Below are positions 32,905 to 53,199 of a stretch of 64,000 nt of DNA, piece by piece. Source of the DNA: the human T2T-CHM13v2.0 reference genome, Homo sapiens; the NCBI RefSeq assembly GCF_009914755.1, contig NC_060935.1; one strand, 5' to 3'. Below the pieces are notes generated by a model. That model worked only from the letters and a program-made list of their open reading frames with translations, did no database searches and had not been told where the DNA came from. Numbering within the stretch: the first letter of the stretch is position 1; every line of letters begins with the position of its first letter. Position numbers and translations under genes: made by a program.

Positions 32905-33100
32905 GTGAGTTTCCTGGATTCAAATGACTATCACTTCCAAACCGTATCGCTGTGAGCAAATTAATTATTTTGCTTTTTTGAAGCCATAAAATGTGTCACG
33001 TCATAGTCAGATGTGAAGACTAAACATGTAAACAGCTATAAAATATTAGCAAAATGTTTGGTAGGTAGGAAGTGCTAACTAATGTATTAATTATCAGTAG
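32905..33100 (+). mobile_element. MIR fragment
   Basis: cctggattcaaat...gtgaagactaaacatgtaaacagctataaaatattagc. Confidence 0.5.
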
Positions 33101-33269
33101 TTCAATCTGGATATCTGTGTATAAATGATGTATCTATATTTAGATATTACACTGATTTTAATTTAGCTTTATTTGGAGACCAAAAATAAGTTTATTGTTT
33201 ATATCATCAATTAAATTCTATGATTGAATAATTGAATGAATGCAAATGAAAACAACATATTATTTTTCA

Positions 33270-33660
33270 TTTTATTATTTGGTGAATATAACCAAGATTG
33301 ATAATATTTAGTGTGAGTAAGGCTATGAGGAAGATTACTCTTTAATATAATATTAATGGTGATAAAATCTAGTATAGGATTTCGAGAGTAACATTATAGA
33401 ATCTATAAATGTGAAGCATATAAATTCATTTTGTCTTTGTGATGACATTTCTAGGAATTTCTCCAACTGGAATATTCAAATCAGTAAGTAAAGATGTCTG
33501 TAAAGTGTTGTTCATTGCAACATTATGTGAAAGGTGGGATATTATAAACAACATAATGTCAAGTAAAAATGCATTGATTAAAAGAATTGTGATGCAACTA
33601 TAAAATGAAATAATATTAAGCAATTTAAGAAAAGGATAATTCATAAATACTGTCATTAGA
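33270..33660 (+). mobile_element. Ancient L1 (L1ME-type) ORF2 3' fragment
   Basis: ttctaggaatttctcc...tgttcattgcaacattat resembles the L1 ORF2 C-terminus. Confidence 0.55.
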
Positions 33661-34254
33661 TAATGCCCACCCATGCAAACAGATTAAAATTTCTAGCATA
33701 TTAATATATTTTATATATTTTTATATATAAATGACAGCACTTATACAATATACCTACATACAAATGACCTTTTGAAGAACATGAACTAAACTTCTTTTAT
33801 TTTAAAATTTTTAATTAACAAAAAACAATTGTCTATGTTTATGGAGTACAATATAATGTTTGGATATATCCATACATTGTGGAATGATTAAATGAAGTTA
33901 CTTATATCCATCACTAGAGAAGCAAGTGAGTCCTTGGGATTGGAAGTATCCTTTGACTTTAACCTTTCCATTACTTTGTATAAAATATTTTTCAAGAGCC
34001 ATTCTTTGCCTTCATAATTTATAAGAATACCAGTGAAAAACACTTGTTTTATTTAAATAATTTTACTTTTGGTTAGAACTGCAGGTGTTTTAGGAAATGG
34101 TTTTGGAAGACTTGTCTTTTAAAGTCAATTCAAAAACTTACATTCTGCTGCGTGTTGGGAAATCATTAGGCTGATATTCTGCTAGCCAATAGAGTATTTA
34201 ATAGAAGTATATCTAAACACATGTTTCTTGAAGATATATTCGAAGGCAGGAAAT

Positions 34255-36307
34255 TTATTTTATTTTATTTTACTTTAAGTTTTGGTATACATGTGTAGAA
34301 CGTGCAGGTTTGTTACATAGGTATACATGTGCCATGGTGGTTTGCTGCACCTGTCAACCCATCATCTAGGTTTTAAGCCCCGGATGCATTAGGTATTTGT
34401 CCTAATGCTCTCCCTCCCATTGCTCCTCACCCCCTGACAGTCCCCAGTGTGTGATGTTCCCCTCCCTGTGTCTATGTGTTCTCATTGTTCAACTACCACT
34501 TATGAGTAAGAACATGTGGTGTTTGGTTTTCTATTCCTGTGTTAGTTTTCTGAGAATGATGGTTTCCAGCTTCATCCATGTCCCTGCAAAAGACATGAAC
34601 TCATCCTTTTTTATGGCTTCATAGTTTTCCTGGGTATGTATCTGCCACATTTTCTTTTTCCAGTCTATCATTGATGCACATTTAGGTTGGTTCCATGTCT
34701 TTGTTATTGTAAATAATTCTTCAATAAACATATGTGTGCATGTGTCTTTATAGTAGAATGATTTATAATCCTTTGGGTATATACCCAGTAATGAGATTGC
34801 TGGGTTAAATAAATGGTATTGCTGGTTCTAGATCCTTTAGGAATCACTATACTGTCTTCCACAATGGTTGAACTAATTCACACTTCCACCAACAGTGTAA
34901 AAGCATTTCTGTTCTCTACATCTTCACCAGCATCTGTTGTTTCATGACTTTTTAATGATTGACATTCTAACTGGCTTGAGATGGTATCTCATTGTGGTTT
35001 TGATTTGCATTTCTCTAATGCACAGGGATGATGAGCTTTTTTTATATGGTTTTTGGCCGCATAAATGTCTTCTTTTGAGAAGTGTTTGTTCATATTCTTC
35101 ACCCACTTTTTGAGGGAGCTGTTTGTTTATTTCTTGTAAATTTGTTTAAGTTCCTTGTAGATTCTGGATATTAGACCTTTGTCAGATGGATAGATTGAAA
35201 AAATTTTCTCCCATTCTGTAGGTTGCCTGTTCACTCAGATGATAGATTCTTTTGCTGTGCAGAGGCTTTTTAGTTTAATTAGATCCCATCTGTCAATTTT
35301 GGCTTCTGTTGCCATTGCTTTTGATGTTTTATTCATGAAATATAGTCATTTCCCATACCTATATCCTGAATGGTATTGCCTAGGTTTTCTTCTAGGGTTT
35401 TTATGGTTTTAGGTTTTACATTTCAGTCTTTAATCCATCTTGAGTTAGTTTTTTTTATAAGGTGTAAGAAAGGAGTACAGTTTCAGTTTTCTGCATATGG
35501 CTAACCAGTTTTCCCAGCACCATATATTAAATAGGGAAACATTTCCCCATTGCTAGTTTTTGTCAGGTTTGTCGAAGATCAGGTGGCTGCAGATGTGTGG
35601 CGTTATTTCTGAGGACTCTGTTCTATTCCATTGACCTATATATGTATTTTGGTAACAGTACTATGCTGTTTTGGTTACTGTAGGCTTGTAGTATAGCTTC
35701 AAGACAGGTAGTGTGATGCCTCCAGCTTTGCTCTTTTTGCTTAGGATTGTCTTAGGTATGTGGGTTCTATTTGTTTCCATATAAAATTTAAAGTAGTTTT
35801 TGTTCTAATTCTGTGAAGAAAGTCAATGGTACTTGATGGAATAGCATTGAATCTATAAATTTTGGGGGGCAGTATGACCATTTTCATGATATTGATTCTT
35901 GCTATCCATGATCATGGAATTTTGTTTCCATTTGTTCGTGTCCCCTCTTATTTCCTTGAGCAGTGGTTTGTAGTTCTCCTTGAAGAAGTCCTTCACATCC
36001 TTTGAAGTTGTATTCCTAGATATTTTATTCTTTTTGTAGCAATTGTGAATGAGAACATACTCATATTTTTCGCTCTGCTTGTCTATTATTGGTGTATAGG
36101 AATGCTTGCAATTTTTCACATTGATTTTGTATCCTGAGACTTTGCTTAAGTTGCTTATTAGTTTAAGGAGTTTTTGGGCTGAGATAAATGGGTTTTCTAA
36201 ATATACAGTCATGTCATCTGCAAACAGAGATGATTTGAATTCCTCTGTTCCTATTTGAATACTCTTTATTTCTTTCTCTTGCCCGATTGCGCTGGCCAGA
36301 ACTTCCA
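34255..36307 (-). mobile_element. 5'-truncated older L1PA (L1PA7/8-like)
   Basis: 3'UTR ccatggtggtttgctgcacc...ctaggttttaagccc and degenerate ORF2 ([14 protein letters not shown]). Confidence 0.9.
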
Positions 36308-36319
36308 AGGGATTTTTTT

Positions 36320-38780
<2,461 letters not shown>

Positions 38781-38859
38781 GGATATTTTTAAAGATAGTT
38801 TGTGTTCAGTATCATTCTCCTCATCCTGAAAAAATAAGTGGGGATGCTAATCTAAGCCC

Positions 38860-38960
38860 TTTATATTTATAAACTCATTTAATCCTTACAAAACTTTTTG
38901 AGATTGGTGACACTAATTTGTCACTTTATAGAAAATGAAACTGAGGCACAAGGATTTTGT
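38860..38960 (-). mobile_element. MIR fragment
   Basis: ctcatttaatccttacaa...cactttatagaaaatgaaactgaggcaca. Confidence 0.7.
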
Positions 38961-39789
38961 CTGGCATATAATAGGTGCTGAGACTGAAGAACAACTGTAA
39001 TTTGTAAAACCGGGATTTTTACATGGTTTATATATGATTATAACCCTTACTATCCATTCCCAATTAAACTCCAGTCTAGCTAGTTGTGTCTACTCAAGGC
39101 ATCTTGCACCTAGATCCAGTAGGGGTGTATGTGACTAAATTTTATGAGATACTTACAATATACTGGATAGTATAGTGTTTAATAAATATTTAAATTATAA
39201 TTTAATATTAATATTTTATTATATTTTAATATCTGTAAGTTTAAACATTTAAGTATAAACCATAAATGCTAGGTATTTAATATGTTTAATGCAACACTAA
39301 GAAAAGCAACTATGATTTACAGATAATGTATAACCTGTAGTAAATTATATCCCTGGAAGTCTATAATAAAATCCAGGTTTTGGGGGATGTCAAAGTCCAT
39401 ACATTTCACCCACGTTCACCACATTTTTCCTTGCTCATGCTGTTGTCCTTGTTGCTCACTTTATAAATTATAAAGTTAGGATTTTCTAAATTCTCATGCC
39501 AAGGCCTAGCTCATTTCATCTCCTTTGAAATGTGCAGACTTAAAGGGTATTTTTTCATTCTGAAGTTTATATCCTACATGCATGGTTTCATAGGTGCTTA
39601 TTCTGTATTCTTCTTTATGGATAGAACACTTCCTTTTGTTTCTCACACCATTGGATGTACTCTGAAACTAGAAAAAAATAATGTCTACATAATAAGTAGA
39701 CACCTGAAGAAATGCAAGTCCCCAATCCTTTAAATAAGCAGTCTTTTGAACAATGATATTTTGCAGAAATTCTGGAAATAAATGACAAT

Positions 39790-40499
<710 letters not shown>

Positions 40500-41676
40500 C
40501 TAGAAATGGAAATCATAAAGATGGGAGATGGTAAGTGGGGTATTTGAGCCTGGATGGCAGAACAATCAACCTCTGACAACAGCACTTTTGTTCCTGGAAG
40601 CAGGGACTGGCACTGCCATTGCCTGGGCCCCACGGTTCATTCCGGTTTTCCTTGGGTGAAATCAATTGCATAGATTTAATTAATTTAATTAAATTTTAAG
40701 TATGTACACAGAACAACATTAGAAATGGGGTGGGAAGAGAATAAATTAGCCACCCTTAAGCATGCCCAGAGGAAGATAAAGTCAACATGATATTAAAAAC
40801 ATTAACAAAAAAGACAATTTAATTATTGCTAATATGCAACCTCTACAGGTGCATGTAACAAATATCCAGGACGAAGGGGGACATTGGGGAGGAAGTGAAG
40901 CATTAAGGAGAAAGGGTAATAGAGGGCCCTCTGTTAACAGAGGGGAGAGGCAGCAGACGGTCGGGAGCTTATATGAATGGAAAATAATAATGATGAATAT
41001 CTGAAAAGTGCTCTCCAAATATTATTATGCTTGTTACTTCCTGTAATTCTTGCGAAAGTGCTGGAGGCAGACACAAAATTCTTGGATAGGTTGTAGAGCA
41101 CAGAGGTTAGTGGTCTGTGCTGTGAACTTTATGGCATTACTCACCCACAGGCTTAATCAGTTTCACTAGTTACCCAAAACTATCCACTGCAGCAGAAAGT
41201 AAGGATAACTATAGTGTCTATCTATTCATATGGCTTTTGTGATAATTAAAATAAAAAATCATGAAAATCTTTGCACAGTACCCTGAAATAGTGAGTACTC
41301 TGCACATCGACTTTAGTTATGATTGCGTTGTCTTATTTTCACAAGATTTGAAGTTTTTGTTGTCAGTAAGTGGCAGATTGGGGCAGAGAGTAAGTCTGAT
41401 CCCTCTGGACCTACGAACTTTTCCACTGCGGAAGACAGGCTAAGGCTCTGGTAGTAAGAGTTGGGTTTGACTGCAGTGGAGGAAGACTACAAAAAGAGAG
41501 GTTGGTTACTATGGGAAAGAGGCTTGGATGTCAGGCTGAGAAGTGGAGATGTGTATTAGAAGTCAAATAAGATAGATTCATAGATTTTAAGGCAGAAAGG
41601 ACATTATTATTATTATTGTATAGTGTACACCATTTTAAAATATTTTAGGTTTTGAGATTGCGCAAAGAAAATCTTA

Positions 41677-45068
<3,392 letters not shown>

Positions 45069-45139
45069 AAGAAGCAAGCTGCTGAGTTTGGAAAGGACGC
45101 AGTCCCTGAGGTGGCTTCTTTGAATTCCTAGCATTCCAC

Positions 45140-45290
45140 TCATCTACTACAACCACCCCATACTGCAGATGAGGAAATAAATTGAGGCCCAGAGTAGTGA
45201 GTAATGTAATAACATGATTTAGGAATTAGACGGACAACAAAGGTATGAAATCCAGTTGCACTGATTTCCAGGATTGTGTTCTCTCTACTT
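45140..45290 (-). mobile_element. MIR fragment
   Basis: ccccatactgcagatgaggaaa...tgaggcccagag. Confidence 0.65.
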
Positions 45291-45654
45291 CATTAGAACT
45301 ATTCAAGAACTTTAGAAGTTCTTGGGCTGCAGGTGGGAGAGGTTGGGTTTAGTAACCTATTACTGATCTACAAAAAAATCTTTTGGCAGCTGTCTATTTA
45401 GTAAAGTGCAGAATACTAAGAATGGGCCTCTAGGTATTTAGAAAAGTCTTAGGGAACAGAGTTTACATCTCCATTTAAAGCAGTTGTCTCTAATGTATTC
45501 TAACCAAGTGGCACACAGACTCTATTTAAGTGTCTTTAACAAAGATAAATTTGCTATTTACTGAATCAGTTCCCTTACCATGTCATTTGTCTGTGCTAGC
45601 AATTGCATTTAGCCAGCCAAGGCTGCTGTTCACTTCTTTAGAGATACAACATAA

Positions 45655-45860
45655 AGATTCAGAACTTATGCTTCAAGATGAGGTTACCTAAATTCATAAT
45701 TCCCACTCATCTTAGATGAGATATTTAACATCTCCAAGCCTCAGTTTCCTCATCCTGAAGAGAAGATTTTTTTTATAGTGCACATCTTGTATGATACAAA
45801 AAATAAATGCAATTATGCATATAATAGATGCAGTTCATTGACAATACATAGTGAGTACAA
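45655..45860 (+). mobile_element. MIR fragment
   Basis: atttaacatctccaagcctcagtttcctcatc core. Confidence 0.7.
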
Positions 45861-46809
45861 AATAAAAGTTTTTAATTGATATTTTGATTATTCTTTAGAA
45901 TCCTTTCTTTTATCTGGTAGCAGCCTTTCATAAGGAAAATTGGAAGTGAGAAAGTGAGTAATGAAGGCGTGATATGGATTTACATTATCCACAGAATGAT
46001 TTAGAGTGATTTAGACTTATGTGCAGGGATGGTGTCAGTTAAGCTGTACATCTGAGTCTTCTTGCAGCACAGAAAGAGGCTTAAGATTAAATTTTCTTTA
46101 ATAAGCATATCTGGACAATGATTAGAATACTTGAAAACTTAGTTAATCATTGTACCTTCTAGTTTCAGGATTGGAACATACATATTCCAATATACATATA
46201 TATAATGAGAATATGATCTTAATTATGGGATTTTCATTGGATTTTATTACAGAAGTTTTGAATAAAATAATCCCAGGATGCATAAATCTATCTTACTGGA
46301 TTGTTATGAAAATGAAATTATAAAGGACACTATTTCCTCCATATTGAGTATTTGATATTACAAAATAAGCAATAAAGATTGTTGTTTGTATGAATTTTAG
46401 AATAAGGAAAAGCTGGATTTGAGTTTTACTTCAGTGTTTACTAGTGGTGGGAAATTGGTGTCACTTTTCTTCACCTCTTTAAGCCTCAGTATCAAATATC
46501 TAAGAGTATCTCATAGGATATTCCACTGACTGAGACACAGTAGGGACTAACTGAATATCAGAAATATGTAATAATAATGATAATCATTCAAATTTGGAAA
46601 AAAGACATGTAGATTAAAAAAAGTATAGTTGTTAATAAGTGAATAATCTTCAGGATGTGAACTGTGCTGTTAATTTGGTGACACGGTATCAATGTCATCA
46701 AGAGCCTACAAGACTCTTAACCAGCTCTCAGCTAGCTCAATAAATGTATGGAATAAATAAGTGAAAATTTATATGACATTTTCTTGGGTGTGTTAATGAA
46801 ATGAATGTC

Positions 46810-47243
46810 AGCATCCTAGCTTGAAATTACCCAAAAGCAAAGGCTAAGAGAACGTCTTGTATATAAGTAGTTTATTTCAGAAAACAGAATAAAGGTATTG
46901 GGGAGAGTGAAACAGGGAAGGAAAGAAAGTTAACCCAAGATGGTGTTAAGGTGATTACCATTTATCAATTGGCTCCTAGTTACTGATGGTCAAGTGTGTT
47001 ATTCCCTTCATATTTTCAGATGTGTGCACTAGAATGATGAGGCAGTGTCTCCTATGTGTCACAGCAGCATGCACTGCAACAGAATGCAAGAGAGTTGCAC
47101 CAGTGAAAGGAGGCATCGTTGTGGGGATCAGTAGGATGAAGCTGCTGCAAGGTTTTAATTCCTAGAAGCTGTTTTCTGTAGCAACAACTAAAGAAAAAGT
47201 GTAGGTTAAGAGGGTGTGAGACAGAGTACAAAAAATACCCAAC
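46810..47243 (-). mobile_element. Old ERVL-class LTR (LTR33-like)
   Basis: aagtagtttattt...gagagtgaaacagggaaggaaagaaag resembles antisense LTR33. Confidence 0.65.
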
Positions 47244-47328
47244 ATACCTGGTGATTACTAATTCAAAATCATGCTGATTTTGAAGATTTTTCAGCTCAGA
47301 ACAATAGGCATTCATCAGCCCGTCTTAA

Positions 47329-48191
47329 ATGGGGACTTCAAATAATGAGACTGAATTCATTCTTTTGGGCATTACAAAAAATCCAGAACTAAGGAAAATA
47401 TTCTCTGCTTTGTTTCTAGCCATGTATGTGACCACAGTGTTGGGAAATCTATTCATTGTGGTGACTCTGGCTGCAAGTTGGAGTCTGAGATCACCTATGT
47501 ACTTTTCCCTTACTTCCTTGTCTCTCATGGGTGCCACCTACTCTTCCATCACTGCCCCTAAGATGACTGTGGACTCTTTGAGAACACTACCATTTCCCTT
47601 GAAGGCTGCATGACCCAGCTCTTTGCAGAGCATTTCTCTGATGGTGTAGCGATCATCCTTCTCACTGTGATGGTCTGTGACTGCTATGAGGCCATCAGTA
47701 AGCCCCTGCATGACACAACCATCATGAGTCCACGGGTGTGCTGCTGTTGGTGGTAGAAGCTTGGGTGGGGGGATTAACACATGCCACAATACAGCTTTTT
47801 TTTTTTCATATATCAAATACCCTTCTGTGGTCCCAATATTATTGACCATTTTATATGTGATTTGTTTCCATTGTTAAAACTTGCTTACATGGACACCCAC
47901 ATGCTGGGTCTCTTAGTCATCCTCAACAGTGGGGTGATGTGTATGGCCATCTTCCTTATCCTAATTGCATCCCACACAGTGGTCATCTTGTTCTTCGTGG
48001 AGTGTATTTTCTTGTACATAAGACCTGTGGTCACTTACCCCATAGACAAGGATATGGCTATTTCCTTTACTATTGTTGCACCCATGTTAAATCCTCTGAT
48101 CTATACCCTGAGGGGCATCAAGGTAAAAAATGCCATAAGAAAAATGTGGATGAAACAGGGGACCCTAGGTGGTCACTATCTTACATGCTAA
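47329..48191 (+). pseudogene. OR4C14P: Olfactory receptor pseudogene, OR4C subfamily (OR4C6-like), heavily decayed
   Basis: [14 protein letters not shown]...SPMYFS; frameshifts near 47578, 47745 and the T-run at 47796-47806; [15 protein letters not shown] has become [15 protein letters not shown]; about 26 codons deleted at ~47975; [11 protein letters not shown] retained; acceptor ttttcag at 47288-47294. The symbol is tentative. Confidence 0.85.
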
Positions 48192-48277
48192 GAGTAAATT
48201 TTTAATGTAAAACCAGTAAAGTTTTACCCTCCTCATTCCCTCTAATCCACTGGATACACAGGAGCCAAAGGCATTTT

Positions 48278-48557
48278 TTTAAAAAATTTCATTTGGAGAC
48301 AGGGTCTCACTTTGTCTCCCAGGCTGGAGTGCAGTGGCACAGTCAGGTCTCACTTCAGCCTCAGCATCCCAAGCTCAAGCAATCCTCGTGCTTCAGCCCC
48401 CAAGTAGCTGAGAATACAGGCCATGTGCCACAACATCTGGCTAATTTTTTTGTATTTTTAGTAGCAACGAGGGTTTTCACCATGTTGTCCAGGCTGGTCT
48501 CAAACTCCTGGGCTCAAGCGATATGCGATTACAAGCATGAACTCCCACGCCCAGGCC
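48278..48557 (-). mobile_element. Alu (AluJ-like), internally deleted
   Basis: Antisense dimer; TSD aggcattttt on both sides. Confidence 0.9.
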
Positions 48558-48691
48558 AGAGGCATTTTTAAGTACACACAACAGGCTAAGATAACAGTGT
48601 CCTGCCTAATCAGGGTATTGACTACACCTCCAGCCCACTACACCAGCACATTTTGTATTTCATCCCCTTTTTCCCAAAGCTCTACACACAA

Positions 48692-48745
48692 TTAAAACAA
48701 ACAAACAAACAAACAGCAACAACAACAACAACAAAAAACAACCAA
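48692..48745 (+). repeat. (AAAC)n/(AAC)n simple repeat
   Basis: Read directly. Confidence 0.85.
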
Positions 48746-48799
48746 CCATGGTATTTTGAATAATCTGAGCTTTTCCCAGTTCAGGGATTTTGTTGTTTT

Positions 48800-49150
48800 T
48801 CTCACTACTATAGTGATCTTTCCCAGAGCCTTTGGTTGGCTGGCTCCCTGTCACTGTTTTTTTATCTTCAGATAGACTGCTACCTCTTCAGAAGAGTCTT
48901 TCCTGGTGATGTTCTTTGGTCATTCCTTTCAGTTATTTTCTAATTCCACATACTAGTTATATCCTTATTATTGATGGTCACAAATTATACTTTAAAAATT
49001 TTGTTTTGGCTTTTACCTTATGTTTTCTCTAAAAGCTTGTAATTCTTCTCAAGGCACAAAATATGTTTACTCACTGGTGCTGTAAACCCAATAATTAGAA
49101 TACTCCCAGTCACCTAGTATGTGCTTACTAAATATTATTGGATGAATATA
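48800..49150 (+). mobile_element. L2 3' fragment
   Basis: acctcttcagaagagtctttcctg...gtatgtgcttactaaatattattggatgaat. Confidence 0.6.
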
Positions 49151-49436
49151 AGTCTAAAAGAGACTTTGAGTTAAAAAAATTTTTGCAAATAAATATAAAG
49201 AAAGAAGTGGGGAGGGCAAATACATACATGCACTGGGGGAGTCAGAATCCCCTATTTGCCTGATGCCAAGTTGTTACTTTGAAAGCAAAGACAATCTCAG
49301 CTTATTAGTGTAAAATTTAATAAAGGAGCCACCACTTTACCAAAGTTCTCTAGTAACTCTTGTCACTCATGGGAGAAGCAGAATAAAGTTCATTGTGTTT
49401 GATTCAAGATACCTTGGAATCTAAGGTTCTGTCTTG

Positions 49437-49568
49437 GAGCCCAGGCATGGTGGCATGCACCTGTGGTCCCAGCTACTCCAGAGGTTGAGGTTGAGGCAGA
49501 AGGATGGTTTGAGCTCAGGAGTTCAAGACCAGGATGGGCAACAGAACAAGACCCCATATCTAAAAAAG
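49437..49568 (+). mobile_element. Alu monomer (FLAM-like)
   Basis: Single left-arm-like monomer with an A-tail and a gaggtt duplication. Confidence 0.8.
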
Positions 49569-49852
49569 AGTTTTTAAAAAAGTATCTATGTCTTGGAATT
49601 ATATGTTCTTTATGGGACCAGAGCAACTGTATACATCTATTTTATTAACTGTGAAAGAATGGTTTTGCTGAGATTTGAGATTTAAATTTCCAAATCCAAA
49701 GGATGTTTATTTTCTCCTAGATCCTTCTGTGAAAAAGCTTTCACTAGAAAGACACTAATTCTGTTTTAAACTGTCTCCCTTGATGAAGTAGCTGGGACGC
49801 CTAAGGTCATAGCAATGTTTACCATTCTGTTTTCTTATTAAAACAAATATAT

Positions 49853-50215
<363 letters not shown>

Positions 50216-50315
50216 TCAGTTATAATATTTGGAAAAAACAATATTTAAATAAAAATGTTTATTTTAAAATTAAAATATATATGTGCAATCGCCAATTATA
50301 TGAAATAATTACTAG

Positions 50316-50790
50316 GTTCATTCATTCATTGAAGAATATTTGCTGAGCTTGTAAAAAGTTTCGGTTCCTCTTCCAGCAACTGGGTATACAGTGTTAAATA
50401 AGACATCCCTATGTTTTCATCATGTCTTGGAGCTTACATTTTAGTTCAGGAGATGACATATAGAAATGAAAATAAGATCATAGAGATAATTGACTCTCAG
50501 AAAATTGTAATAAAGTGGTGTGGCATGACTAGTTCTAATTCTAGTTAGGTGGACATGGGGGCTTTTCTGAGAGGAATTTCTAAAATGAGATTTCAGTGAT
50601 GAGATAAAACAAACTTTAAGCATTTCAGTTGGATGTGCATTCTAGGCAAAAGAGAAAAGGCTGTCCAGAAACCCTAAGGCAGGCACTAGCCTGAAGTAAA
50701 GAATTTCCAAAAATCAGTGCACAGTGGACAAGGGGAAATGCAGTGCAATGTGGGATATGAAAAGTAGGCAGGGCTTTGATCAGAGAAGGC
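50316..50790 (-). mobile_element. L2 3' end
   Basis: ttcattcattcatt terminus, ggagcttacattttagt, cattctaggcaaaagagaa. Confidence 0.75.
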
Positions 50791-50864
50791 TATTACTTTT
50801 TAATCATTAGTTTATTGAGTTTATGGAAATTAAAGTAATGCTTAAATTAATAATAATCACATCC

Positions 50865-51791
50865 TGTATTAATCCGTTTTCATGCTGTTTATAAAGATAT
50901 ACCCAAGACTGGGCAATTTAAAAAAGGAAGAGGTTTAATGGACTTACAGTTCCACGTGGCTGGAGAAGCCTCACAATCATGGCAGAAGGTAAAAGGCATG
51001 TCTCACATGGCGGCAGACAAGAAAAGAGAGCTTGTACAGGGAAATTCCACTTTTTAAAACTATCAGATCTCTAAATCATCTCGCTCAAATTCAAAGTTTA
51101 ACAGATCTCTAGAGCAGGGACACAATGCTTCCAGTCTCCTTGATAAAACATAGCAAAACATGACATTTACTTTACTCCCCAATAAGTTCCTCATCTCCAT
51201 CTGAAACCACCTCAGCCTGGACTTCACTGTCCATATCACTATCAGCATTTTGGTCACAACTATTCAACAAGTCTTTAGGAAGTTCCAAACTTTCCCTCAT
51301 CTTTCTGTCTTTTTCTAAGCCCTCAAAACTGTTCAAATCTCTGCCCATTACCCAGTTTTAAAGTGTCAGGTATCTTTATAGCAATGCCCTACTCCTGGTA
51401 CCAATTTTCTGTATTAGTCTGTTCTCACATTGCTATAAAGAACTACCTGAGGCTGGGTCATTTATGAAGCAAAGAGGTTTAATTGACTCACAGTTCCACA
51501 GGCTGTGCAAGAATCATGGCTGGGAGGCCTCAGGAAATTTTTAATCATGGTGGAAAGCAAAGGGGAAGCAAGCACACCTTCACTACTTCACATCAAAAGA
51601 GAGAGTGAAGGGGGAAGTGCTACACACTTTTAAACAACCAGATCTTGGGAAAACTCACTCACTATTATGAGAAGAGCAATGAAGAAATCCACCTCCATGA
51701 GCCAATCACCTCCCACCAAGTCCCTCTCCCAACATTGGGAATTACAATTTGAGACGAGATTTGGGTGGGGACACAGAGCCAAACCACATAA
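50865..51791 (-). mobile_element. MaLR composite: THE1 LTR part (50865-51070), MST/THE1 internal 5' end (51071-51409), MST-type LTR (51410-51791)
   Basis: Two tgtatta LTR ends and ctcctggtaccaattttc at the internal/LTR boundary. Confidence 0.8.
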
Positions 51792-52028
51792 GAGTCCATC
51801 AACAAATGATTGGTTAAGAAAATATGCTGTGTGCATATGTGTGTATATCAATATACCATGGAATACTAAAAAAAAGACCTATTGGTACAATGTTCACAAT
51901 TTGAACAATGGGTACAATAAAAGCCCAGACTTTACCACCTCATAATATATCCATGTAAGAAAACTGCGCTGTACCTCTAAAATCTATAAAAATAAAACAA
52001 AAAAGAGGCAAATAAATAAATAAATAAA
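51792..52028 (+). mobile_element. L1MA/PB 3' end fragments
   Basis: acctattggtacaatgttcac...aaaagcccagactttaccac...tatccatgtaa. Confidence 0.7.
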
Positions 52029-52167
52029 ACCTCCACCCATCAAGGTCTTATAGATGACTTCAGAAACTTAGCATCAAAATTCTTTGCATATGGCTTCCAT
52101 TTAACTTTTGCTATGACAAGAGTAGAACATAGGTTTTATTGCCTGCTTAATAATATTTTAGAATTAG

Positions 52168-52470
<303 letters not shown>

Positions 52471-53199
52471 AGATTAAAAATTAGAAAAGCCATAATATTT
52501 TAGGAGTAAATACCTGGATTCATTTTACATGTCTTCAGCCTGCCTTATGTCAGAAAAGAAGAAAATGCCTTGATAGTATGATAACTTGAGTCTATGTAAG
52601 AGCTTTATGATGGCCACATTCTTAGTTCAATTATAAAATTAAAGAAGTGAAAGGATCATAATGAGATCCCTAACTTCAAATATTTGTAATCTGCTTGATA
52701 ATTTTTATAGTGTCAGAAGTAGTCCTAGAATCTATATCTTCTACTTAATAGATAAGAGCTCTTCTGAACACTCATGCTGAAATTGTTACTGGTCAGTTAT
52801 ATCCAAAACAAATTCTTCTCTTCTATATTCTATACATCCCCCAAATTAATTCACATTAAATAGTTTTACTAATAAAACACATTACCTGGCAGCTCAATGC
52901 CTGACTTTTTGTTTTAAAACACTCTTGACTTCTGGAATAAATCTTGGTCTTCATTTTTTTATAAGTGCTTACTGTTATTAATAGTTTATAAATCATGAAT
53001 ATCTATAGATTTGAATTTGAAAATTTAGTTCTATTCATGATTTAAATGCATAGCAAACTAGGAATAGAAGGGTACTTTAATATAAAGGAGATATGCCTTA
53101 AAAACTACTGCAAATTCATTGAACCATAAGGTGAGATTCCTTCTCATTTTACTAAGAAAATGTAAGTGATAAGAAGAGAACTTCCAGACTCTTACAAAT

